Positions 10,331 to 23,677 of a stretch of DNA of 64,000 nucleotides are shown piece after piece (within the stretch, counting starts at the first letter, position 1; every line of letters begins with the position of its first letter). The notes under the pieces were generated by a model. That model was given only the letters and a program-made list of their open reading frames with translations. It had not been told where the DNA came from and ran no database searches. The stretch is from Callorhinchus milii (lineage: Eukaryota): the NCBI RefSeq assembly GCF_018977255.1, contig NW_024704743.1, positions 54,314,001-54,378,000 of the forward strand, given 5' to 3'. The position numbers were made by a program, and so were the translations under genes.

Positions 10331-11884
10331 CTCTTTATTTTCACTATTCCAAACTTAAGTCATCATTATTTCTTAAATAATTGAGCAGTAAGATGAGCTC
10401 TTATCTTTCTCTGCATTTAGTATTGAGAGACCATTTATCCCAACACACTGCCTTGAGAAACCATTGCTGCACATGGAGGAATTGCAACTTGCATTGGTAC
10501 ATTCTCCTATTGATCACAGTCTTTCTCTGAACAAAATCTCAAATTTACAACATACATAGACTACTAGGGGACATTTGCTGGACAATCTAGGTTGGAGGAG
10601 GGGCGTGATGACTTCCATCTTCATCATATTGGCGCTTTATCAAATGCAAGGATTATTATTATATTCCCAGCTTTTGAAAGGCTTCCATTGAAGAGGCAGT
10701 GAAGCAGCAATAAAGTTCTCCAGTCAGTGTGGACAAAGCTATGCCATACATCATTGCCTTCTTGGCAGAGGTCTACAGAAACAACTCTTCCCAACCTTCT
10801 TCATCAAAAGCTATATATAACCTGAAGCTGGCCAAGAATAAACACCTAACCAAATTACTAACTTGCTGATGGTTGGATTAAAACCGGGTTCACGTTTCAA
10901 AGATTTGGAAATACTTGGATATTTGCTATTACTCTGGTGAAAAGGTTGAAGCATCTAAAAGATCATCCCTCAGTTTCTTGTGAAAACAAATAATTTCATC
11001 TTTGAAGATTTGCAGATGTTAGCTACCAGTACTACATTACTGTGTGAGACAGATGGTGACACTGAAATGATTGTTGTGAGGCTGCTATTATTTCCATTTT
11101 TCAGTGTTTGTGGACACTGGGAGGGGGCACGTTTATACCTCAGTGTATTTGTGTAACATCTACACACTTGGCTATGTTTTGTTGCTGTTGTATGGATTAT
11201 GGGATACAGTGATCGTAAAGGCATTATTTACTCTCCTCTTATTTAGCCAATAATGTATTGTTATCTTTGTAACAATCTTTCAAGTATAATACCATTCTAA
11301 TAAAATGAAACAGATTAATTCTTACCATTTACCAAAACATTATGCCTCTATCAGATCATGTCCTGTGATCCGGATGTGTAATAAAGTATTTTTCACTCTA
11401 AGACTTGTGAGTAAGCTTTTCAAACCAATTTGTACTCTTCAAGGCAGGAAATTCATGAAGCAATACATAGGGTAAAAGAAATATAATTGACAAACGTAGC
11501 TTTTAAATGCAACAGAGCATTCCACTAATTTGCTAGGTACTTGTCAGGTTGAATGACTATGCTCCAGCCTTGGATAGCTCCTACCTGTTGCATCATTGCT
11601 AGGTAAAAGGAGTTTGCTAATCCTGCTAACTAGGCTATCAGATGATAAAACAATACAATTTATATAACATAATGCCTTTCATGTCAGGAGGGTGCTTCAA
11701 AGCACTTTTGAGGGTACACAATCGTCCCTCAGATCCCAGGTTGTGATTATGACACATCCCACATGCTGTAGATTTCTAGGGAATATGTACATCTTTCCTG
11801 AAATATTTGAGTGCAAATGAACAACTGACATTAACTCTTTCAATTCCTTAGGTCATTCCGCTTCAGCATTACCAGTTGGTCTCC

Positions 11885-12705
11885 TTCCCCTGGCACCTTC
11901 TCATGCCAGCGCAGGAGATGTAATACCTGCCCTTTCACCTCCTCCCAGACCACTATCCAAGGCCCCAAACTCAGGTTCCATGACATGTACTACCACCAAC
12001 GTAGTTTACTGTATCCGCCGCTCACGGTGTGGTCTCCTCTATATTGGGGAGACTAAGCGCAGATTGGGTGACTGATTTGCAGAACACCTCCGTTCGGTAC
12101 GCAAGGTCAACCCTGATCTTCTGGTCTCCTTCCATTGCAACTCATAGTCCCATTCACAGTCCGACTTCTCCATCCATGGTCTCCTATGCTGTTCCAGTGA
12201 GCCCAGCGAAAGCTTGAGGAACAACATCTTATCTATCTGCTAGGGACCCTTCAGTCCTTTGGCCTCAATATCGATTTCAGCCACTTCAGGCCATAACAGC
12301 TCACCTTTCCCTCCCCCCCATTCTGTTACCAGAAGAGCTATCTTCTGTTATCGTTACAATCATCACCCCAGACACTCTGGTGTGTTGCCTGTTCTGCACC
12401 AGTAACACCTCTTCTCCCCAGTTTTGTTTCAACACCCCCACCTTTTGTTTAAAAAATACCCTTTTGTTTTATGCCACTATCACCTCTTTAACCCATCAAC
12501 TAAAACATTCTCTCCTTTGTCTTCTCTCTCTCTTTTTTCTTCTGTGTCGTCCTTGTCCTACCTCCCCCTCTCAACTTGTCCTTATAAACCTCTCCCTCCC
12601 AACATACCCCAGTTCTGACGAAGTGCTGTGGACCCGAAATGTTGATTCACTTTCCTTTCTCCATAGATGCTGCCTGACCTGCTGAGTTTTCCCAGCTGTT
12701 TTTGT
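11885..12705 (+). mobile_element. Penelope-like element 3' part (Cys motif, GIY-YIG endonuclease, pLTR), disrupted
   Basis: Encodes PGTFSCQRRRCNTCPFTSS...TCTTTNVVYCIRRSRCGLLYIGETKRRLGD*FAEHLRSV; the 3' region is homologous to 4220-4621. Confidence 0.9.
12611..12647 (+). ncRNA. Minimal hammerhead ribozyme motif with intact catalytic boxes
   Basis: agtt CTGACGA agtgctgtggaccc GAAA tgtt gatt: CUGANGA and GAAA boxes intact, helix II and III partly mismatched. Confidence 0.55.
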
Positions 12706-13294
12706 TAACTCTTTCAAATGTTTGGCTCTTGGAATTTCAACCTTATAAGGTTCAATATTGCAAAAGGAGATCACAATTGGTAGAATTAAACACAAATATA
12801 AGGGTGTTGGTATCAGTGGAATATTCAGCATATTTTTATATATTTACTGTAATTCCTCCTGAAACGTTGACGGAGAAATTGAAGAAATTCTGCCCACAGG
12901 TTTACTGTATAAACTCCTGACAAATGTGTTGTGTTGCTGTGTTGATTAACTCCTTTTTAAAAAAAAGCTGGATAAATACATGGATAAGAATGGGATTGAA
13001 AGTTATAGAGCTAAGTATCGACAAAGATGATTAAATGTGCTATGGAACACAATAGCTGCTGTGCAACTTGGAACATGGAAAAGTTATCCATAGAAGACTT
13101 CTGATCAGGGTTGAATAATCTGGTTTGTAAGGTAAATAGATATTTTGGAGTTTCACTTGTTTGCCTTTGGGATCATGAAGTCCATGCCCTCAGGAGACCA
13201 TATAAGTTGGGTAGAGTTCATAATAAAGCAGCTTGTACAAGGTCTTGATGAGCTGTATCGCCTCTTCTTACTCTGCATCCCCTCTTCTTTTGAT

Positions 13295-13610
13295 GGAGTC
13301 CTGTAGCTCAGTGGTTAGAGCACTCGCTTTGCAAGCGAGAGACCTGAGTTGAATTCCAGGCAGGGTGAAACCTTGGGCAAGTTTCCTTACTCCACACACC
13401 TAATAATAATCCCTCCAAAACCAAAAACAATACTAAATTGGTCATTTTTAATCTACGACTGTTTGTGGGACATTGCTGTGCGCAATTGGCTGCCGCGTTC
13501 GCCCACAAATATACAGTCAATTCACTTTACAGTGTGTTCTGTGAAGCGTTTTGGGACGTCCTCCCGACGTGAAAAGCGCTATATCAAATGCAAGGATTAT
13601 TATTATTATT
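13295..13610 (+). mobile_element. Young tRNA(Ala)-headed SINE, short subfamily, full length
   Basis: Near-identical to 5753-6073. Confidence 0.95.
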
Positions 13611-13974
13611 TTAGTTTTTATTTGTTAGCTCTGGCTATCAGCACATTATCTGCTGCGTAAAATTCAACTGGTGCAAAATCTCCTTAATGACCTTCAGTTC
13701 ATTGTTTAAATTAACTGGAGAACCTTTGCAGTGAAATGATTTGTGAACATGCACATGTCATCGTTATTTTTAGTGCTATGATATTAATAGCATGAACTAT
13801 GCAAATAATATAAATTTACAATGAGTGTTAATGTCAAAACATATACGGAAGAATTCTTCTATATAAAATATGATGTCCATGGATTATACTGTATAGAGGT
13901 ATATTGAAGGTGCAAACGAACATTCTATTTTTCAAGTTTCTCTTCCTCTATCCCACTGCCTCCCTCTGCCTGTC

Positions 13975-14438
13975 TACCTTCCGAGGCTGAGATTGCAGAA
14001 CCCTAGCATTTTGTTCGTTCCTTTAAACTTTTCAGCTGGCTCTGAATCAAGTCCTCTTTCCTCCATGTCTGCAACATTAACCACCTCCGCCACTTCCTCA
14101 CCTCCAACACAGTCAAAACATGCATCCATACTGCCACAAGCTCCAGGCCCTCCAGAACTCCAGAGTCTGCTAACTGTGGCTCATTTCAAGCCTCCATCCC
14201 TCCACCCACAATCAGTGGGCAAGATTTCAGCCACTTTGCCTCCACCCTCTCTTCCAAGATCCCCTTGTCTTGCTCCCTCCCTTTCTGTTTTCAAATTCTG
14301 TCTAATCTAATAACTTCTTTGACTGTGCCCTGAATTATATCTTTCCCAGCTTGGCCACTCATTCAGTCTTCATAAAGGACTTTGAGACACTATCCCTAGG
14401 TGACAGGTGGTATACAAGTGTAAAATTGTTGTTGTTGA
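13975..14438 (+). mobile_element. Degraded L2 fragment with (TGT)n tail
   Basis: atcagtgggcaagatttcagccactttgcc (GGRxFS region) and ggactttgagacactatccctaggtgacaggtggtatacaagtgtaaaattgttgttgttg. Confidence 0.6.
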
Positions 14439-14654
14439 GGGACAGTAGCTGACCAGCTCAAGAGTTATTAGGAGCTGTGTAAGAGCATGGCTTCTTGATT
14501 TTCTTTTCCTGTTATGTAGAAATGCCTGGGTTCCTGCTTTCTGTCTCTATCAGTGAGGTGGCTGAGATTTGGAATTCAGTGATGGAGAGGTTTACGCTGG
14601 CTTGCCCATCACAATTGTGATTTTGTTTGACAGGGGTCTAAAAATAGAATAATG

Positions 14655-14797
14655 TGACATGCGCAATTGGCTGCTGTGTTTCGCCAATAAAATATACAGT
14701 CAATTCACTTTACAGTGTATTCTGTGAAGCGCTTTGAGACGTCTACAAGACATGATAAGGCACTATATCAATTGCAAGAATTATTATTTTTATTATT
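14655..14797 (+). mobile_element. SINE 3' fragment
   Basis: gcgcaattggctgctgtgtttcgcc...gcactatatcaattgcaagaattattatt. Confidence 0.85.
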
Positions 14798-15058
14798 GTG
14801 TGTGTGTTGAACACCCAGGTTGACCCAAAAAAGTGCAGGGAAGAGAAACCAGAGAGTTGTTTGCAGGTTAATCTCTAGTCGCTGTTTAAGAGCAGTTATC
14901 CAACCATTGCCACCCCCCTCGCCCCGCACCCCACCCCCGGTTGATATGTGTTCTTGTGAGATCAGTGCAGAAAAATGAGCAGAGATTAACCTAAAGATTA
15001 ATAATAAAACCCACAGGCAGCAATGCACAGAGGTTGCTCAGGAGCTGGTAGTTTTGCA

Positions 15059-15080
15059 TATGTGTGTGTGTGTGTGTGTG
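15059..15080. repeat. (TG)n microsatellite followed by G-runs
   Basis: tgtgtgtgtgtgtgtgtgtggggtgggggtgggg. Confidence 0.9.
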
Positions 15081-17089
15081 GGGTGGGGGTGGGGTGTGTT
15101 CTGGGTGAGGGATCCCATTATTTTCCAGCTCCATCATTTTTCAGTCTTTGGTGCGATGAAATAAAAAGACAATAAATGTAGAAAATATATCTAGGCTAGT
15201 ATTGAAGTCTGTGCAAAATGTTCAATTATCAGTCCCGTCTAATCTAATACGAATCAATCAAGGTGGTTTTGCTTGTAAAATGGACCCTTGTTCTGTCTCA
15301 GAACTGTAAAAAAGTATTAATTTATATTTTCAGTGGAGTCTTGTGTTCATTAGGAGTGGTGTCAATGCCGAGGAAAGGAACATTTTTCCATGTGTGTCAG
15401 CCAGTGACAGGATCAGGCACTCCCAGGTCAAAGTCAGCGTGGCCAGATGCAGCTTAAAGCTCTGCTCCTCAGCCCCAACGCAGAAGAGCGTCCCTTATTG
15501 TAGCAGTCTGACACTTTCATTTCTCACAGCAGTCATCCTTATGGCCTCTCTGATTGAGATTGCCAATTTAGTGCAAATTATAGGCAGTTTTGTGCTGTAG
15601 ATTCATGTCCACTAGGTTAAGAGTGGCCAAACTCATTTCTCATAAGACTCTTACATCTGTCTGGGAGAAATTTCATCCCATCCGTCTGGGCTGCGTTCAA
15701 ACCCAAGATCCAGAGGTGAGAGGAAGTGTGTTGCATTGAACCAACCAATCTCCTGGGCCAGGCATTGTGACACAAACCAACTGAACTATCTGAATACTCC
15801 ATGCAGAGATTTTATTGTAAAAACAAACGTCCCTTGAGGCTTGTTAACATTATGATGTCTAATTGGGACATCCATAAAAACTACAAACCTTTTAAAGGTT
15901 TGTACCTTTTAAAGCTTCCCCATGTTATCTCTGCATTCCCTCCCTAGTTGAAAACAAAAAAAAATGTTGATTCTGATACCAGTTTACAACAGTGATTGCT
16001 ATAGTACAATATTCATGGTTTACAGCTCAGGGGCTGTGGCACGCGCTTTTCCATTTATGAATATCAAATTGCTAATTCCAGGAACTAAAAGGATCCCAGG
16101 TAGGAATTCTGAATGCATCAAAATGTAAAAATTAGATCATTTAACTTTTAAGAAAATGAAAACTTGTTGACAGAGGTAAGTTATAAAGTACACTGTGCTG
16201 AATTGCAATTTGCAATCTTTAAAAAGGAACGGTTCAAATTGCTGGACTCTTAATAAGTATACGCTTTGCTATTATTTATTCTGTCAAACTTTGGTCTGAC
16301 CTATTTTATTTACAGGGACTACTCTATCAGGAGTCAATTAGCCTTAGTTTGTGTGTTTGATTCAGTTTATTTTGAACAGTTCAATGACCCATTGCTAAGG
16401 ACTACTACAGTCCAGTCATTTTTTGTCCCCAAAATAAAAACAGGTATTTTTCTGGCTTTTTGGGATATATGTTTTGTAATGAAAAGCAGGAGAAAACCAG
16501 ATACACCCCCATGAAAATCTGGATTTATTTTGGAAAATCTGAAAAGAACAACCCAGATACTAATATAACACTTGTTTCATTGATGAACATGATTACTGAA
16601 ACATTAAAGAACTGATTATCTGCACTAAATGGAACTGACCTTTTTGTGGATAAGCAAATAGTGTGGATAATTGGACATTGTGAAAAATACAAGAGTTATG
16701 CCATTATTGTAACTGTAGGATCAGTGTGCCAGCCCTTTTCTCTCTATATCTACCTTTCTAGGTTAATTTGTTTGTTTTGGGAGAAATTAACTTTTACCAA
16801 TTAAGTAAGTTTTACCAAAACATAGTGGTATTTATTGGTGAAAAATGGTAAATAAAACAATTTGAATGGTTTATTATCATTGAACCTGGAGCTGGAAGCA
16901 ACTGCTAAAGTGAACAATTTTTCATTTTATAAAATGGCAGCTTGAGTAAAATAGGCTCAATTTCAAATTTCGAGCCTCAAAGGTGGAGATTCTGATATTT
17001 GAAAGTAATATGAGCCGAGCTAGAGCTGATCTTGGAATTGATAAGACACAAGTTTGATACAACCTGATTAAGATAACCAACCAAATAGG

Positions 17090-17312
17090 TAAGAGAGTTT
17101 CTCCCAGTGTCTTGGCCAACAATCCCCCAAATAAAATTGGTCATTCACTTAACGGCTGTTTGCTGTGATGCTGTGTTGTTGTTTGTTGCTATTGACTGCT
17201 GCATTTAGCCAGAAAACATTCAGTCGCTTCACATATAGCCTGTGAAGAGTTTGAGATGTCCTCCTGACATAAACGGTGCTGTACTTAAATGAAAGGATTA
17301 TTTATTATCATT
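17090..17312 (+). mobile_element. Deu-domain SINE 3' half
   Basis: gagtttctcccagtgtcttggccaacaatccccc...aaatgaaaggattat. Confidence 0.75.
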
Positions 17313-17706
17313 GTAAATATAACTAGATTAACCTGGAATTCTGCCCTCACTGGGTATAAGATCTTGTTTGAATATTTAATTGAAGAGAGGCATGGTTATG
17401 GTTAAACAGACCAGTGAATTGGCTTCACATGACTCCCACTGACTAATAATCTTTGAATAAACTGAACATGTGTATCTAGTGTTAAGAATTGTTCTGATTG
17501 TTTGTAATGCTACACTGAGAGCTCAAACAGGCACTTGTCTGTTCACAAATGAACAGTTAAGTTAGGACTCTTCAAATATGGTATCTGACCAGAGTTTGCT
17601 GTCAAGAAATGTTCAAAATTCATTGTTATCCAGCAAAACAAGCAGGAGTTGTTTCCAATCATTGAAAACGGTTTTACTGCGACATTACGGAACGCCATCT
17701 TAATTC

Positions 17707-17972
17707 AATAATAATAATAATATAATAATCCTTGCATTTGATATAGCGCTTTTCACGTCGGGAGGATGTCCAAAGCGCTTCACAGAACACACTGTAAAGT
17801 GAATTGACTGTATATTTGTGGGCAAATGCGGCAGCCAATTGCACACAGCAATGTCCCACAAACAGTCGTAGATTGAAAATGACCAATTTATTATTGTTTT
17901 TTGGTTTTGTAGGGATTATTATTAGGCGTGTGGAGCAAGGAAACTTGCCCAAGGTTTCGCCCTGCCTGGAAT
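17707..17972 (-). mobile_element. Young short-subfamily SINE, 5'-truncated within the tRNA head
   Basis: Reverse complement of 5753-6073 from the B-box region onward. Confidence 0.92.
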
Positions 17973-18003
17973 CTGATTTAAAGTTCGACACTTTTTAACA
18001 GAT

Positions 18004-18114
18004 TTTGCCTACAAAAATACACCGTCACCACACTTCACTGTAAATCCTGTGGAGTGTTTGGAGACGTCTTTCTGATGTGAAAGGCACTACAGTATATCAA
18101 TTACAAGGATTATT
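18004..18114 (+). mobile_element. SINE 3' fragment carrying a 5-bp CAGTA insertion
   Basis: gaaaggcacTAcagTAtatcaattacaaggattatt versus gaaaggcactatatcaaatgcaaggattatt in other copies. Confidence 0.75.
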
Positions 18115-18159
18115 TTAAGATTTTATTTGATCATTATTTGATTATCCAATTAATACAGC

Positions 18160-18285
18160 TTTTATATAAGTAATTATTTGTGTATATTATTTATATAAGT
18201 AATTATTTGTGTACATTATTTATATAAGTAATTATTTGTGTACTTTGTTTACATAAGTAATTATTTGCGTACACTTTTTTTACAC
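18160..18285. repeat. AT-rich tandem repeat, 29-30-bp unit x4
   Basis: Unit tttatataagtaattatttgtgtacatta. Confidence 0.9.
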
Positions 18286-19087
18286 AAATTCTGACTTATC
18301 TAAAGAACTTGACCACTATTAAAACATTGGTGGTAATTTGCAACATTGCTTTGTTCATGATTAACTTTTTCCCTTATTGTCTTTTACAGAGTTTGTATAT
18401 GGGAAAGATTTTTGTTTCTATACGACTGTTTTTGTGCTGTAAGCAAAATAGCCGAAAATTTGACATCCTTTTATAATTATGTTTTGGGAGAAGGACATAA
18501 TATGGGTCATTCTGGAATATTTTGATAATAATAATCCTTGCTTATTATTTTGATAATAGTGTATGGCCATTTAGGATCAGCAATTTCCAATATTCTGGAA
18601 ACAATAGTAGACAAATACTTACGCTGAGCATAACAGCTTTCTGAACATGCTACCATTGCTGCTAGCAATTGGTGGTAACCTGATACTGTACATAATGTAA
18701 ATTAAGAAGCTGACTTCAAATGGAGGTATAAAAACAGTGAGATACAGTACCTTGTTAGGGTGTTGTTCTAGCTTTGGATAAGTGAAATAATTATAAATAA
18801 ATCATCCTCTTGCGGGCACATAGTCTCTGTTTTAAGGCTTGAACATGCATATGTGATTGAAAACATTTGTGTTTTTCTACTTGATCCCTAAAGAAAAGCA
18901 AGAATAAACTTGTGCACATTTTTTTGCTTGCTACTGATTTTCCAACCTGCAGTAAGAGTAACTATGTCGCCTGAGTGAAAGACAATGACTGCTGCCATTC
19001 AGATCACCTTGTTTGTCTTATTCAAGTTTTTATTGAAAAAACAGAGTTGAAAAATGTACAAGCTGACAGAAATTGAGCTTGGAAAAG

Positions 19088-19149
19088 ATAAGTTGTGTAG
19101 CATGGTCCCTGAAGTTCCTTCATAAGTTGTGTAGCATGGTCCCTGAAGT
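19088..19149. repeat. Perfect 28-bp direct duplication (34-bp period)
   Basis: ataagttgtgtagcatggtccctgaagt at 19088 and 19122. Confidence 0.95.
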
Positions 19150-21114
19150 CTCCCTGAGAATGATAGCTTCTGGAGGAAGTGCAGTTACTGCTTGTATACA
19201 AAGTGTTCCTTTAGTCCCCAAATAAACTCACTGATCACTGACACTTTATTCCACTTTGATAGCCCCTGAACCACATTACAGGGCAATTGACATGACCTAG
19301 TCACAAATGCTACTGATAAAGTACACAGTATCCTGTGTGAAGCATAGTAAGGATTGCTGTGGTATTTATATGTGTTGCACGTTAAATGTAAGACAGAGTG
19401 TTTGTTTGTTATATTTATTCCGTGAACAAATATTTGTGATTTTCATAGCTGTTTGTGGTAGCTTGCTGATGCAGATACTGCTGTGTTTGCCTGCAAAACA
19501 CAGCAACTACATTTGACAGTAATTACATTTCAACATGATGTGGTGCTAAAAAGTACAAGTTCTTTATTTGTTTAAAACCTCAAGGAGCATAAAAAACAGT
19601 TCTTCATTCACCATATAATTATTGAAATATTATGTATATAGAAATTAGTGATACCTCTAATGCAATAAAAAAATGCCTTTTAGTTACATTCACATTGTTG
19701 TGTTGTTACACTTTTTAATGTTTACACAAAACCAAAATGCAGCCAGAGAACAATTTGCAATATCTTTTAAGGCAGACCTTTCAAGTCAAAACAGTTGAAA
19801 GGCTATGAAATCCAGTTTCATTGACACCAGATAAATGAAATTTTACAGGGGTGTTAAAATGAGGGACTGTACATCATAAACATCACTGAAAGACTTTGCT
19901 GAACCAACTGCAAGATTTGGCATGTATTAAGTAATGCCTTGAAGGGGTGAATGCAAAATATTCTTGACGCCAGTCACTACTGTTTCTGTCTCTGTTTATT
20001 AGTGGCAAGAGGCGCCAAAGCTGGAAATACCTTGTGTGATAGCCAAAGGCTATCTCTACATTGTATATAATTCATTTATAGGAATGCTATGTCTGCTTAG
20101 CCTTTTGTTATATGATATGCACATAGTGACATACACATTCATGTGCATTTCCATGTATATGAAGAGAAGTTAGCAAAAGAACTGGTGAAGCACATGCTCG
20201 CTCTTTAGACAGAGACATCATAATGTTACTGGCACATCTGTTGTTTTGAACAACCTTTCAATGCGCTGATTGTATCCTTAGTGCAACACCCAGGCAACTA
20301 ACTGCGGTTATGTGAGTAACTAACAGATGATTGCATTCAGCAGCAAAACCACTTCTCAGATCAAGACAACTACTTCCTACAGGTGACAAGTAATCTACTG
20401 CTAGGTCTTCACCTGACTAGTCATTTTGGCCATGATCACAAGGGTTGGAGACTGATGAAATTATCCCAGTCAACATCAAACGCGAAGTGGTTGTAAATCA
20501 GCAAAGGCCATGACAGAAGGCAACTGTCTCATTTTTTATGTTTTCGCCAGCTCTCCTTTTTTTCCCCCCAGTAGCTATCTTAAGAATCCAAAAAATGTCA
20601 TTGGACTACCTTATAAAGAGCTGCTTAATTTTTCACAGTTAAGGTGAAACTGACAGATTCATTAAAACTGGTTCGATGCTTAAGAAAGAACTTGAACCGC
20701 TTCTCCCGTCATCAGCAGATTCTCAGCACTCGCTTTCAGAAGATGCTGAAATGCCTTCCAGCAGTGCATCGTGTCTGTATCTTTACTGTAGGGCTGCTGC
20801 AACTCTCTGTCAGTTTTATAAATTCAAAGTGAACTAGTCATAGATCTCAATGTACTTAGATTGATTATTTTGTAGAAGGCCTATTGGGGCAGGGGGAAAG
20901 TATCTTTGTCTGATTTTAATTTAAACAATGTTGTCAAGAAGAAAGCAATGTACTGTAGTTCCTCAAGGTGGTAAATATGTGTATTGCACCTTTAGTGTGC
21001 GTGGGCTTAGAAAGTGTTCCCACCTTGCATTTGTCCCTTGGTCTCACTGCGAGGATGGTAAACGCTGACTAGTAGCGAGTCAGGAGACACCTATAAGTGA
21101 ATCAGTCAAATTTT

Positions 21115-21386
21115 CCATTTAAATTTAAGATAATTGGCAAAAGAACCAAAGGGGAGATGAGGAGATTTTCACCCAGAGAGTTGTTATGATCTAGAATGAA
21201 CTGCCTGAAAAGGTGGTGGAAGCAGATTCAACAGTACCTTTCAAAAGGGAATTGGATAGGTATTTGAAAAGGAAACATTTTCAGGGCTATGGAGTGGGAC
21301 TAGTTAAATGGGTCTTTCAAAGACCTGGCACAGGCACGATGGGCCGAATGGCCTCCCTCTGTGCTGTAAGATTATATGATTCTAGA
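21115..21386 (+). mobile_element. CR1 LINE 3' end
   Basis: FTQRVVMI*NELPEKVVEADSTVPFKRELDRYL followed by the gatgggccgaatggcctcc...tatgattcta tail. Confidence 0.88.
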
Positions 21387-21789
21387 ATTAACGAGTCATT
21401 CAAAGAGTCGATTGATGGCTTAAAGTCAACCTGGAGTGCAACACAAGAGTGTGTGCAAAATGAGAATGATACACCCACTGTAATAATAGGTTAAAAATTC
21501 CACTGAGTCTTAACCTGTAAAATTGCTTTTTTTCCCAAAATTTAAGATTGTGTAAAATGTTTATGTTTACCCTGAATCTGGAAGTTGGTTTTCCTCAGCT
21601 TTTTTTAAAAAGAAAAATCCAAATTAAGACTGGATTTAAGAATTGTCCACAATGCGGTGGCTTGTTAAAATTTTAAGACTAAGACTAGATGGAATTCAGG
21701 TCTAGCAAGGGCTTATCGAACCTGTTCTATAAATCTATAAATCCAATAGATGCTTGTTTTTAATGGAAGGGAGACCCACTAGCATTTCT

Positions 21790-22110
21790 TTAAGGTCCTT
21801 TCTGATATATCTCTTTTGAAGACTGAAGAGACCTAATTTGTCTAATCTCTGAAATCTTCCTTGGGCTACACTGTCAAATCAGTTCAGTTGAGATACCCAG
21901 GAGATGGTAGCTGTATAGCTGTATAGTGCTCTGATATTCTTCTAACACTGAGGATCGTTCTCATTGCTCCCCTCTTCACTGCTTCTAGGGTCTTATATCG
22001 AAGTGATCAGAACTGTATGCAGTAATCTAGTTATGCCTTGATTACAGCATTATACAGCCTGAGTGGGATGTCTTGGGATATAAACTCAACTGATTTGCCA
22101 GTCTAGCCCA
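21790..22110 (-). mobile_element. CR1 RT fragments
   Basis: cagaactgtatgcagtaatctag (rc LDYCIQF-) and ctcttttgaagactgaagagacc (rc GLFSLQKR). Confidence 0.65.
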
Positions 22111-22245
22111 GAAAGGGTCTTGGAGCCTCAGAGGCCTCTCAGAGAGATTAAGAAAAAGTCAATTATCTGAAAAGAGGTCCTGGGTAATGTATCAATACTG
22201 ATGTAAAGTTGGATTCCTGAACATAGTTTTATTTTGTGGGAACAT

Positions 22246-22391
22246 GTTCTAATTTTGCTTGGCAGTCTTATTTAGGTCTTTGCCAAGTTGAGAATTGTGA
22301 TTCATTGGCTATGAATTTTGTAATCTGATATTTGCAACTCAGAAGTTACAAATAAAGCCAACGATTTATTGAATATTGTAAATTAGACCCC
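22246..22391. mobile_element. Short MITE-like element with GGGGTCTAATTT-type termini
   Basis: Left end gttctaattttgc; right end gtaaaattagacccc. Confidence 0.4.
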
Positions 22392-23677
22392 AATATTAAT
22401 ATTCTCAGGTCAAATCACCCTCTCTGGTGATCTATTACATCTGTGTTGGTATTTAATCAGAGGGCACAAGGTACTGGTGCTCCTGTGCTATAGCGCTGTC
22501 AACCTCTGAGGAAGCTATTGAGTTATTTGCAGAGAGAATGTATAGACCTGAAGAGAGTTTCTATTGTTGGATCAGAAGGAAGCCATGCTGGTGGGTATGT
22601 TCTTACAAGTACTGTACATTGCACTTGCGTTGTAAATATGATGCATTATATGGAGAGAAATTTCACCCGATCTGCATTTACTCTGGATGCTCTAAAATGC
22701 TACATAAATAGATTAAATCTAGACTCAGTTATATTTTCTCCCCAACTAATCCCTTTATACACAATATCGGTCTGTAAGCTGCACATTGTTGACTCCAGTA
22801 ACTTGTGCATTTTCACATGGCAAAGTAAAACTTTGCACCATGCAACTGTGTATGCATGTGGGTTTAGCTGGTTAAACTCCAGCAGTACCATAGTGCACAC
22901 TCTGGGGTCCCTAGGCCTTAGTCCTTGTTAATTTGTAATTAATTCTCTTGTGAATTAGGTAAACAGGGTGCTTTCCTCCAGGAACAGAGTGCACATTCCA
23001 TTTCAAAAATAAGTAAATGTCCATCTCCACATGCCAATATAGTATCTAGCTCTGCCTGCAGGTCACATGTCACAAAATACAGTCACTCTGATTTACAGTA
23101 TATCCTGTGAAGCACTTTGAGAGGCCCTCTCAATGGAAAAGGCACTACACCAAATGCAAGGATTATTATTATGTATCACTAATTGCAAAAAAGAAATACT
23201 CGCCTGAAGCATGCAGACAACCGATATCAACTCATACAAACTGTTATTCGAAACAGAATCTATGAATTCTTTTAATAGGAATTAGGTAGATGCTTGAAAA
23301 AGAAAAAAGATTAGATTAAGTGGCTCATATAGAGAAGAGCAGTAGTACAGACTTGATGGGCCAAATAGTCTGTTTCTGTCTGTAATGCTTTCTATTTCAA
23401 TAGCAAGTTAGAACTTATATTATATTCTTGGGGTGTAGAATTTCCAATGGAAACATTTAAAAATTTTGTTAACAATGTTAAAAATGTGTTCGTGGGTTAG
23501 CTTCCAATATTTCGCACAAGTTTAGATCTCTCACCAAGGTGGTAGCTTTACCGATCAGCAGGATATATTATCTGGCTTGACATTTGAAAAATAACTTTAT
23601 TGTAATAATAATCCTTGCATTTGATATAGTACCTTTCATGCTGGGAGGACTTCTCAAAAATGCTTCAAAAGATATAC

